A stretch of 64,000 nt of DNA from the human T2T-CHM13v2.0 reference genome, Homo sapiens: NCBI RefSeq assembly GCF_009914755.1, contig NC_060928.1; one strand, given 5' to 3'. The translations under genes and the position numbers were made by a program. Under the pieces are notes generated by a model. That model searched no databases, was not told the DNA's origin, and was given only the letters and a program-made list of their open reading frames with translations. Shown here one piece after another: positions 1-12,140 of this stretch (position 1 is its first letter; every line of letters begins with the position of its first letter).

Positions 1-420
1 TTTAATCATTTTTCTTTATTTTTTCTGACTGAGTTATTTTGAAGAACTGGTCTTTAAGCTCTGAGATTCTTTCCTCAGCTTGGTCAATTCTGCTGTTAAT
101 ACTTGTGATAGTATTCTGAAATTTTTGAAGTGAGTTTTTCAACTCTATCAAATCAGTTTGGTTCTTTCTTAAAATGACCATTTCATCTTTCGTATCCTGT
201 ATTATTTTATTACATTCCTTAAAATCCTTGCGTTGGGATTTGGCTTTCTCCTGAATATCAATAATCTTTATTTCTGTCCATATTCTGAGTTCTATTTCTG
301 TCATTTCAGCCATTTCAGCCTGGATATGAGCCATTGCTGGGGAAATAGTTCAGTTATATGGAGGGAATAAGACATTCTGGTTTTTGAGTGGCCAGAGTTC
401 TAGCATTAGTTTTTTCTCAT
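1..420 (-). pseudogene. Disrupted L1 ORF1p N-terminus
   Basis: An ATG at 420-418 gives an MRK..-type start; it is frameshifted/stopped before the 110-aa open segment at 2..334. Confidence 0.8.
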
Positions 421-1885
421 CTGTGTGGTCTGATGTTCCTTTGGTCCTTGAAGTTGCTGTCCTTTGGAGGGTTTTTTTTTTTTTTTTTTTTGGCTTTTAT
501 TTTCTTTGATGCCCTTGGGGGTTTGATTTTTGCATAAGATGGATTTATGCTACATTTCCAGACATTTTTAGGGGGCCAAGGCTCAGCTCAGCCCTCCAGG
601 AATGTGTGCTGTGTGGTTTCATGTTGGTCCCCAGCTTTGTTTTCTGGACCCTTGTGAGCTTAGGAACGTGCTGCATTGGTGGGGCCTAGGTGCTCCCGTA
701 CCACTGACCACAGCACTCTGATGAGTGGTGCCAGCCAGAGTGGTTCTTTAAGACAGTGGCAGCAGGATTCAAGCTTGTTCACAAGTGCCAGCAGCAGCGG
801 CAGTGTGGTGGGGTGCATGTGCATCGGCTGTGGTGAGGTAGCAGTGGGGGCTGGGCTGACACATTTTTGCAGGCCTTCATACCAGCAGCAGGGGTGGTGA
901 ACTGGCCTGTGCAAGGCTGCTGGCCTCCTTGTGTCAGATTAAGGCAGTTGTGGTGATGGCACAGCGGGGCATGGGGTTGTCAGTGCAACAGCAATGGTGG
1001 CATAGTGGGGTGGAGGGTGAGGTACGCTCATGCCAGCTGCAGTGTCCCAGTGGGTGTGCATGCACTCACATGCCGCTGGAGGAGGGGAGGTGTGGTCTGC
1101 CCACCCAGACACTGGCAAAGCAGTGGGGGTGTGGCTGTGGGTCACTGTGGGCCAGCAAAAGGTGCAGGTGAACTGGTACATGTTGGTGGAGGTCACTTAG
1201 AGCTCTCCCATGGTCAGGTGCAGTCTGCTGGCAAAAGAGCTACCATGAGGGCCCCAGGGTAGCATCCCAGTTGGGCAGCTGCAGCTTCACTGCAACAAGG
1301 TGGCCAGACTTGTGCCCCAGGGGAGGCCAGCAGAAAAGAGAGAACACAGATCAGACTGGCCTTGTCTCATGGACAAGACTACTCTGCTCTCTCCAGGTCC
1401 GACATTCTCCATATGGCTAAAGTCTCCTAGAGGAGCATGGCGAGCCTTGGGAAATGGGCATTACTGGACATGCTCCACTGCAGATGTTCCCATACCAAAC
1501 CCTGAGGGCTTCAGACAGGCTGGAGTACTGTTCCTGCCACCTCTCTAAGCAGTTCTCCCTGATAGCTGAAGTGTTTGTGGAGGTCATAAGGTCTCCTGCT
1601 GCCAGGATTCTGGAGGTCCATGGCAAGAGCACGTTGCTCAACTCCTGTTCAGCTCATGGCTTCCTGAGGAGTCAGTGGGAGTCAGGAAAGTCCCTGTGTG
1701 CAGTAGTGCCATGCAGGGTTCCCAGCTTCCTCCTCATTCTGCCCATCATCTGTGTCCTCCCTCTGTCCACTCTCAGTGCCTTCCTCTGAAGATACACTCT
1801 GAGTGTGCCAGTCTTCCTTATGTACCAGTCTCTTGGTGGTAGATGTTCCTTCTAGCTGCATCTTATCAGACATCTTGAATCACTG
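1..1885 (-). mobile_element. LINE-1 5' portion (5'UTR plus N-terminal ORF1), L1PA13-16-like, running off the left edge
   Basis: Minus strand begins ...caagatgtctgataagatgcagctag (L1 5' start-like), followed by ~1.45 kb GC-rich 5'UTR. The ORF track 2..334 gives the ORF1p coiled-coil AEMAEMTEIELRIW...SINSRIDQAEERISEL. The 5' boundary is approximate. Confidence 0.9.
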
Positions 1886-3125
1886 AAACACTTGTTTTGA
1901 CAAGTTATGCTAATTGGCCCTAGAACCGATTGAGAACTTTGATCAATATCCAAACACAAGTTATTAAAATTCTTTGGTGTTTTCATTCCTCTACTAATAG
2001 ATTTCTATGAGTGATCATTGTACCTCTCACACCACCCTATGCCTTTTGAGGCAAACTGTTATAACAATATTGAAGATAATTTAAATGAAATAGTGGGGAG
2101 TGACTTTAGGCATGAGGCTGAGGTAGTTTGAAAAAGGAGACTGTTGTTTTCTCTGTAAATTAAGAAACACAGTAATGCACAAAAAATATGGGCAAGGTGA
2201 TTGGGTTAGACATTTTAATACAGTAAATAATTTAAAATACTCAGTTTAGAGAACCAGGAAGTGAAACAATTTAGAAAAATCTTGTAGAAATTCTAAGCAT
2301 TTAATGATCCCTGTTAAGAATAATGAAGATAACTTTATAGTTGCCTGTTTGTCTTTAGTAATCCTCAGCAATCCAGACAGGAGTATAGAAAAAGTGGAAA
2401 GAGGGGTTCCTTTAGACTTTAGGTTTTAGTTGTATAGATAAGAATGTTGAATGGACAAATGGGTGTGAGAATTTAGCATACTGACAAAAGAATACATGAC
2501 ATCATGGACAAATTAATATAAGCATAATTCAATAGAACATTGTTCTAGGGCCTGCAAAATTAGGATGTCATTTCTCTCTGAAAAAAAAAATGTGATTTCT
2601 TTTTGCCTGAAATGAGTATAAAACAACCAATGACATAAATCACAAAATGCCTTCAGCTTCCTTTTTCTCCCTATCAAATGCATTGTCCCATAATACCACA
2701 GTGTTATCCCTTTTAGTTCCAGTTCTCTCCATAAAGATGTGATTCTCTCAATTTATGAATGAATGTTTCCTGGCCCCAGAGTTGATGTGAGTCTGTCAAC
2801 AATGAGTCACATGATAGCCCTCTTTCTGAGCCTTTCAGTTAGTCCTGTGCAAGCTGTTAAACCTAGAACTAGCAGTAGACTAAGTGTTCACACCATTTTA
2901 TAAGTTCCTTTAGGGCATAAAATGTGACTCCATAGGGATACCTTGTCAATTTTAATTTTGTTTTACTTCTTTAGAATTGTAGGTGTGTTTTCTCTACATT
3001 TTATAACAACCTGCAAGTAGGGAAGTGACATTTCTAAAAGCAAGAGTTTAGGAACAGAGGTTTAAAGAATGTATATGGTTCTCATAGATTTTCTCAGCAG
3101 ACACCCATATATCTTGGTTAGCCTT

Positions 3126-5454
3126 TGTATTAGTCCATTCTTACACTGGACTTGGGTATGAAAAAATACCCAAGACTGGGTAATTTATAAAGGAAAGAGG
3201 CTTAATTAACTCATAGTTCCACATGGCTGGGGAGGCCTCAGGAGACTTACTATCATGGTGAAAGGGGAAGCAAACACATCCTTTTTCACATGGTAGCAGA
3301 AGAGATAGCTGACGAGCACAAGGGGGAAATGGGCTCTTATAAACCAACAGATTTCATGAGAACTCACTCACTATCACAAGAACAGCATGAGGGTAACTGC
3401 CCCCATGATTCAATTACCTCCCAGTGGGTCCCTCCCATGACACATAAGGATTATGAGAACTAAAATTCAAGATGAGATTTCGGTGGGGACACAGCCAAAC
3501 CATATCATTCCACCCTGGCCCCTCCCAAATCTCATGTCCTCACATTTTAAAACACAATCTGGTACTTCCAACATTCCCCCAAAGTCTTAACTCATTTTAG
3601 CATTAACTTAAAAGTCCAAGTCCAAAGTCCCATATAAGACAAGGCAAGTTCCTTCCACCTATGAGGCTGTAAAATCAAAAGCAAGTTAGTTACTTCCTAG
3701 ATACATGGGAGTACAGGCATTGGGTAAATACACCTGTTCCAAATGGGAAAACTTGGCCAAAATTAAGGGGCTATAGGCCCCATGCAAGTCAAAAATCTAA
3801 TAGGTCACCCATTAAATCTTAAAGTTCCAAAATGATCTCCTTTGACTCCATGTCTCACATCCAGGTCACGCTGATGGAAGTAGGCTCCATGGCCTTGGGC
3901 AGCTCTGCCTCTGTGGCTCTGCAGGGTATAGGCCCCCTGCTGGTTGCTTTCACGGGCTGGTGTTGTGTCTGAGGCTTTTCCACGTGCACAGTGCAAGCTG
4001 TCAGTGGATTTAAAATTCTGGGGGCTGGAGGATGGTGGTTCTTTTCTCACAGCTCCACTAGGCAGTGCCCCAGTGGGGACTCTGTGTGGGGGCTCCAACC
4101 CACATTTCCCTTCCACACTGCTTTAGCAGAGGTTCTCCATGAGGGCTTTGCTCCTGCAACAGACTTCTGCCTGCACATCCAAGCATTTCCATATATCTCT
4201 GAAATCTAGGCAGAGGTTCCCAAATCTAAATTCTTCACTTCTGTGAGCCCTCTAACACAACACGTAGGCTGCCAACACATGGAATTTGCACCCTCTGAAG
4301 CAATAACTTGAGCTGTACATTGGGCCATTTTAGCCATGGCTGAAGCTGAGGTATTAATAGCTGGGATGCAGGGCACCATGTCCCGAGGCTGCACAGAGCA
4401 GGGGAGCCCTGGGTGTAGTCCACAAAAGCATTTATCCCTCCCAGGCCTCCAGGCCTGATGGAGGGTCTGCTGAGAAGTTCTCTGACATGCCCTGGAGACA
4501 TTTTCTCTGTTGTCTTGGTGATTAACAATTGACTCCTCATTACTTATGCAAATTTCTGCAGCCAGCTGGAATTTCTTTCCAGAAAATAGGGTTTTGTTTT
4601 CTATTGCATTGTCAGGATGCACATTTTTTGAACTTTTATGCTCTGCTTCCTCTTGAATGCTTTGCCACTTAGAAATTTCTTCTGCTGGATACCCTAAATC
4701 GTCTCTCTCAATTTCAAAGTTCCACAGATCTCTAGGGCAGGGGCAATATGCCAATAGTCTCTTTGCATATGAAGGGTGATCTTTACTCTAGTGCCTAACA
4801 AGTTCCTCATCTCCATCTGAGACCACCTCAGCCTGGACTTCATCGTCCATATCACTGTTGGCATTTTGGTCAAAGCCATTCAACAAATCTCTAGGAGGTT
4901 CCAAACATTCCCACATCTTCCTGTCTTCTGAGCCCTCCAAGTCTCTAGGAAGTTTCAAACTTTCCCACATTTTCCTATCTTATTTTGAGCCCCCAAAACT
5001 GTCCTAACCTCTGCCTGTTACCCAGTTCCAAAGTCGCTTCCACATTTTCTGGTATCTTTACAGCTCCACTGCTCCTAGTACCAATTTACTGTATTAGTTT
5101 ATTCTCATGCTGTTATGGAGAAATACCCAACACTGGGTAATTTATAAAGGAAAGAGATTCACAGTTCTGCAGGGCTTGTGAGGCCCCAGAAAACTTACAA
5201 TCATGGTAGAAAGGGAAGGAAACAAGTCCTTCTTCACATGGTGGCAGGAGAGAGAGGTGGAAGCAAAAAGTGGAAAAGTCCCTCATAAAACTACCAGATC
5301 TTGTGAGAACTCACTCACTATCATGAGAACATCATGAGGGTAACTGGCCCCATGATTCAATTACCTCCCACTGGGTCCCTCCCACTCTACATGGGGATTA
5401 GGGGAACTACAATTCAAGATGAGATTTGGGTGGGGACACAACCAAGCTATATCA
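3126..5454 (-). mobile_element. Full-length THE1 (THE1C/D-like, ERVL-MaLR): LTR 3126-3507, internal 3508-5089, LTR 5090-5454
   Basis: Two similar ~370-bp LTRs (tgtattagt...caagatgagattt.ggtggggacaca..caa..catatca/tatatca) flank a ~1.6-kb MaLR internal region. ORF 4206..4754 (CPRDLWNFEIERDDLGY) is the typical THE1-int ORF remnant. Confidence 0.95.
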
Positions 5455-6779
5455 GCTGTATTTTAAGACAATTGAAAATAATCATGGTCAGTTAATCTCC
5501 TTGGGGAGGGAGAAAAATGATTATGTTTAAGTTATATTAAACCTAATATGGGAATTTGTTTAAGCATTTCTTATAATTGAATTAAAGACAAAAAGTGTCT
5601 AATGACTGGATATTTCCAAGATTTCAAATACAGGAGAAGTTCAGGGTTTTGAGTAGATAGTCCAAAGGATTTGAAAGTGTCTGATGTCAATGTAGGAGCA
5701 CTTTAAGGTGATTTTAATTTAGAGATTGTGAATGTGAGGGTTGATGGTAAATGTTTAGAAAAGGAGAACATATTGTGATTAAGGAGGTCAAAGAGCTTAG
5801 AGGCCAAGGTTTGAATGTTTCATCCATCTCTTGAACCTACCTAGATTTCTAGCAGTTCTTAAGATAAAAAAGTCTTAGTCAATATCTTCATTGAGTAAAT
5901 AAATAAATTAATTAATTAATAATGCATTCAGAAGCTTCAACTGGAGTGATATCTGCTGAATCAATCTACTGTTCTTACTTATTGAGTAATGAGTATCATT
6001 AATTATCTGAACTATTCTAATAGCATCTGAAGTAGACTGTGTTAAGACTTTTAGCTTTATCCAACATATTCCCCCAAGCGGACACTAGTTATTTTTCTAA
6101 TGTGATTTAATATAAGATGACTTCCTACTTTCAAAAAATAAAACTCTAAAAATCTGTAGTCAGATTCCAGTTTAATTTTCTTTTTCCATAATTTTTATTA
6201 TTATATTTTTTCTTTCTTATCTATTGATTAAACATCAATTACTTGCTTCTTATTCTTACTTGACCATGTAAAATTTTATGTGTTCTATAGCATCTGCTGG
6301 AGCATGCTGTCCTCGTGGGTACTCCTGGACCATGCCTCTGCAAGCATGTATCCATTGATTCCAAAATATATATTGATTGTTTACATCATTAAATTGGTCA
6401 AAGATAAAGATAAGTTGGTTAGCAAGGCACACATTTTCCAGGAAATAAGTAAAGTAAATAAACAAATGAACAGGGCAATCATTTCTTATAATAGGAACTG
6501 GAAAAAAAAAAAGAGAAGTGAGGAATGAGGAGCTATAGCTACAACACACACTACCTTTTTTTTTGAATGCAGTTACCTGGATACCTAATTTCAGGAAAAT
6601 TTTCAGAATGACTTCTTGTTGAAGATAACTTAGTTGAAATAGGAATTTAAAGCCATTTAAAAAGTGGAAATCAGAATTATGACACTTCAAAAAGCCTTAA
6701 AAAGGAAAAAGGGTCTGAAAGTTTCTGATGACTGGAGTTGCAACAGATGAGTTTAGAAGAGAGGCTGGGTTAAAATAAG

Positions 6780-7240
6780 AAAGTTTAGATTTTTATTAAC
6801 ACTAAAGTAGGAAGTGTGGGAGGTGCCTTCAAAGTGACAGCATTTGATTTATTCTTTCTGATCACATTCCTTGGAGAGTGCAGAATGGATTGATAGGTGA
6901 AGCCGAAGTAGGGCCAGCAGTAACAGTGAAGATGGGAACATCTTCAGTGCAGAAGGAAGGGACATACATGCGAGAGAATCAACAATGCTTGCCTCTGACT
7001 TATATGTGGGGAGTCAGGAAAAGGAAGGAGTCAAAATTATGTAGGTTTTGATACAAGCAAATGAGTAACTAGTGGTACCATTTTGTAAGAAGATAAGACT
7101 GATGGAGGGAATCTTTGCGGGCAAGTAATAAACCAAAGGCTCAGCTTTGGAGGTGATACATTTGAAATGCTCATGAGATATCCAAGATTTGTCAGGTAAG
7201 CAACTGAGCATGTGGGTCTGGAGCTTTGAGGGGACAACTG
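6780..7240 (-). mobile_element. L2 remnant
   Basis: Purine-rich L2-like text (gaaaaggaaggagtcaaa...tttgaaatgctcatgagatatccaag...gggtctggagct). Boundaries approximate. Confidence 0.6.
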
Positions 7241-9137
7241 TTATGGATATATAGACATACCCATATAGATAGATAGATAGACTTTCATATATACCTAGTT
7301 TTATATACATATATGTATATGTGTGAATGTGCGTATATGTGTATACATTTTGAAAGCATGATGTCATCATCCAGATGGCATTTATGTCTATGATAATTAA
7401 AGAGATTGCCTGTCATAGCAATATATCTCATAAAATAATTATATTTCTGTGCTACTATTGCTCTATAGAACATTTTTATAGCATGAATAGTTCATATTAT
7501 AGCTTACTGCATACATGTTTGCAATTTCACATGGTAGCAAACTTCCTTGGGAAGGTTTGACATATTATTCTTTTCTACATCTTCTATTGTGCTTAAATTG
7601 TATGTTTATGGGTATATATGTGCACGCATTTGTCTGTGTTTTCTATAATACACATGGATTGAATTAAGTTTCTTGAAATGTTCCATCTTGAAAACTTCTG
7701 TACAGCTATGTATTCTTTTTCTGCTCCATTTGTTGAACATTGCTTTCTTTATATTAATATATTCAGTGCAGCCATAAATATAGGCAATCTGGGCACAGAG
7801 TCTTACTTTTACTTTTTTCTCCCCAGTAGTAAGATTGTTTTATGAAAGCCTAAAAAAAGCATCTGTGATCTTTGCTGCTATAAAAATAACCACTGATTCA
7901 TTCAGTGCATTAGTGTTGCAGAAGAGGGGAAAAAAAAGTGTAATTACATTATGCAAATTAAAGAAGCTTAGATAGAATGACTGACCTTGTTATGTGGGTT
8001 AACATCATTGGGTGGGTGAGCTAAACAAGATATCCTTTTGGAGTAAGTAGGTTAGCAATAAAACAGAAATCGTAGTAGTGTCTCCAGTTGTGTGCACATT
8101 TTCACCTCCCACGTAGAAAGTCTCTCCTAAGGACCAATCATAAGTCCCATATCCTTTACGCTTTTTTGTCTACCTCTGGCCTTTGTGTTCTAACCTCCCC
8201 TTCATTATTCAATTAATTTTCTCTATTTCCAGTATTCTCATATCTGTTTATTCCCTTGGAAGGTTGTTTTTAATATAAAATCTATTTTCACATAATTTTT
8301 AAGTTGATTTCATCATGTTTGCAATTATGTGACACATGGAATCTGATCATGCTTCGGCAATCAATTAAATATTTATCTTTAACTAAATTACATAGAACAT
8401 CAGCACCTAGGCAAATGCCCATGGGGGAAAACCAACCACCCCACAAAAAAACAAAACAAAACAAAGCAAAACAAAAAACAGAGATTCATACTTGCAGGAC
8501 AAAAAAGATATTTAAAAAATCAAACTATGTACATAAAAATACTTATCTAAAACAAACTATTTGAAATACAGTGATATAAGGTAAGTGATAACTAACCTAA
8601 AATGACCCCCTGGACTTAACATAAGTAATACTAAAGTAAAAGCTTACATAAGTATCTCTATACTATACCAAGCACAGAAATTATTAGAATTAGTTCACCC
8701 ATGTTCATGCATTCTACTTTCCTAATCAAGGCATAACATATTCCCTGAACTTTTCCATAAATGGAATAATGAGCACCAAAAGCACGTGTATAAAAATAAC
8801 AGACGTGGGCTGCTTTCTTTTCTGGTTAATATCACCTGTGTATATGTCACACACCGTGTACTTAAAGGAATCTAAAAGGAAAGTGGTTATTCAAAAAGAA
8901 AATGAAACTACTGTTACTATTGCTTGTGCTTGCCATATTGCTTAGCACTAAACAAAAAACGAAAGAAAGAACAAAATATTAGAAAGAGAGGCATGATGGG
9001 CTAATGTTGGTCAGAGTCCTGGAAAGTGGAATTATGTATAGTTGTTAAACTGATAAAAAAGACTCCAGTGACAGGAAAATACTCATTATAGTCCTAGAAT
9101 TAGGCTGAATTTTCAGCATAGAGATAAGTTTTGTAGC

Positions 9138-9452
9138 TTTTTTTTTTTTTTTTCAGACGGAGTTTCACTCTTGTTGCCCAGACAGGACTGCAATGGGGCG
9201 ATCTCAACTCACCACAACCTCCACCTCCCCGTGTTCAAGCCTTTCTCCTGCCTCAGCCTCCAGAGTAGCTGGGATTACAGGCATGCACTACCATGCCTGG
9301 CTAATTTTTTTTTCTTTTTTTTCTTTTTTTTTAGTCGAGACGGGGTTTCTCCACGTTGGTCAGGCTGATCTCAAACTTCGGACCTCAGGTGATCTGCCTG
9401 CTTCAGCCTCTCAAAGTATTGGGATTACAGGCGTGAGCCACCGTGCCCGGGC
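9138..9452 (-). mobile_element. Alu (AluSp/Sq-like)
   Basis: Poly-T followed by gacggagtttcactcttgttgccca...gtgagccaccgtgcccgg. Confidence 0.95.
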
Positions 9453-9753
9453 TTTTTTTTTTTTTTTTTTTTTGAGGTGGAGTCTTGCTCTGTCGCCCAG
9501 GCTGGGGTGTAGTGACCTGATCTTGGTTCACTGCAACCTTCGCCTCCTGTGTTCAAGCGATTCTTCTGCCTCAGCCTCCAAAGTAGCTGGGACTACAGGT
9601 GTGCACCACCACGCCCAGCTAATTTTTGTATTTTTAGTAGAGACGGTGTTTCACCATATTGGCCAGGCTGGTCTCAAACTCCTGACCTCGTGTCCCGCCT
9701 GCCTCTGCCTCCCAAAGTTCTGGGATTACAGGCTTGAGCCACCACAACCAACC
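9453..9753 (-). mobile_element. Alu (AluSg/Sc-like)
   Basis: Poly-T followed by gaggtggagtcttgctctgtcgcccaggctgg...ctcctgacctcgtg...gggattacaggcttgagccacc. Confidence 0.95.
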
Positions 9754-9784
9754 TGTTTTGTAACATTTAAAAAAAAATTGTGCA

Positions 9785-10206
<422 letters not shown>

Positions 10207-11715
10207 TTAATAGAAATAGAGATGAAATCTCATCTTACTGAACTGCTGAATGTGATAATAGCCAAGGTCCTTGGAAAATAATGGTAATTCTAAAATTTAA
10301 TATTATATGGTTTTTATAAAATGCTTTCTATTTGTGTTAGCTATGACAGTGACAGGTCTTCAGAAAACTATATAGTTTAAAAAAATTTTTTTTTGGAAAT
10401 GACCAGAAAAATACAACTAATGAGTATAAAACCTGGTATTAATTTTTTTCCATTTTATTTCTATTTTTTTATTATAAATTACTTTTAACCTACAGACATA
10501 CTATGCTTTAAATATTGGAATGAGATTATTTCCTACTGAATATTGCTGGAAATAATAATAGCTTCAACTAAGAAGATAAATATATGTGGTTTAATCTAGT
10601 ATTTCAGAACATTTGGAAAAATATCTTTGTCCTTAAATTTGCATCTATTTTGAAATGTCACATGAGTGAATTAGAAAACACGATTTGATCCATATTTCTA
10701 CCTTAACTACTTTGACCAGTGCCATAGTTCAAAAGAGAGTCTAAGAAGTGTTATTCATGAGCCTGTCACCTCTCAGATATCACCTTATACAGCTTTGCTA
10801 TTATACCCAGAGCAATGTTTCTCTTTCAATGGTAATTTGCATTTGGCACTTTATCCAGCATTGATTTTTACTTCTGTTCCCAATATAGCAGTAGGAGTTG
10901 GAATGTCTGAGTTGTGATTGATGTTTCATTTGGGAATTCTTATATTCTTTTATTACCAAGAAAAAAAATCCATTTTCCAGAGTACTAGAGTTGATTCTTC
11001 AAATTAAGTCTGAGATCTTTAATTCTCTAACTTCAGAGTGAAAGGTACAGTGCTAGTTAACTTGGCTTATGAAATAAGAAGGAGTCACCTAATCTCTTTG
11101 GTTAATAAAACATCATTTTTATGTATCCACAGAAAGCTTTAAAATGATATTTACATAAAAATTATAGGAAGTGACACAACAAAATAATAAAAATTAAATT
11201 CTGAAAAGTTATGTTTCCCTTTAGAATTGTCTCAATTTGTAGAAGTCAAAAAAGGTGATTTTAGGTTATGAAAATTAGTCTATGTTTAATCTACATAGAA
11301 CTATGGATTACTAACACACACCAAGAAGGTTCCATAGGGATGTCTGTTGTCACTAACACACAGTGTATCATATTGACCATGTAACTGACAACTTCTGCAA
11401 ACAGACATGTATGCTAAGTTCTAAGGCAAAATCAAGGGATCACTTATTTTATGAGTCAGACTCCAAAGCAATTTTTTTATTTCTATTATAGACATCTAAT
11501 ATATTCAAATTTAAGCATATAGTTATCCAATACATATTTTAAAATGTATGTTCAGTAAAGCCTCAAACTGAATTTACAAGGAAGATTTGAAAGTAAAAGT
11601 AGGTATTAAGAAGGACTGTTACTATACATTTAATGGCTGTTGAAGTCTTCATTAAAACTCAATCAACTAGATAGAAATAGAAACAGATGTTTTGTGAATA
11701 GATGTGGTGGAATGG

Positions 11716-12140
11716 GGTTTAGTCCAGCCAAACCTGTGGCTGGAGTTGCCCCGAAAGCAGCTGCAGAGGAATTTCCACAAGAGTGCCCCAAATTAGCCAA
11801 GATGGGGCTAGTTGAGGTTCCAAAGAAAGAAGCACTAAACATCAGAGTGGTCAGTCCAAAGCATTTATTAGAGGAAGTTGCATAAAGAGTGGGCTGCAGG
11901 AATTCTCACCAGAGGCAGTAAGAGAAGAGGGATGTTCTTCCTAAGTTTGTCCACAGCAATGAAGTAAGATTATGGAGTTTATTTGAGAGTTTAAGGAATC
12001 TGGCTCAGGACTGAGGCCTTTTTTGGCAGCAGCCTAAATACTTTTATCAGTGCCTGGGGATGTTCAAGGCACCAGATTGGGTTCAAACCTGCTGTGAAAA
12101 TCCTGCATAGCCAACGGTACTGGAAGACTCTACAAATGGT
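11716..12140 (-). mobile_element. Old ERVL-type solo LTR (LTR53-like)
   Basis: ccaaagaaagaagcactaaa...cagtccaaagcatttatta (AATAAA on minus) and cagtgcctggg..atgttcaagg...gggttcaaacctgctg resemble my recollection of the LTR53 consensus. Confidence 0.55.

Noticed and set aside
660-1873. Cluster of overlapping ORFs in a GC-rich block that could suggest a gene or promoter
   Set aside because: It is the CpG-decayed 5'UTR of the old L1, not a CpG island.
4206-4754. 182-aa ORF
   Set aside because: It lies within the THE1 internal region; a known MaLR remnant ORF, not a host gene.
3121-5459. TSD for the THE1 provirus
   Set aside because: Flanks gcctt and gctgt match at only 3 of 5 positions, so no TSD is claimed.
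6256-6690. 144-aa ORF with nearby splice-like signals
   Set aside because: Composition is F/L/I/K-biased as expected from AT-rich DNA; no recognisable domain or exon chain.
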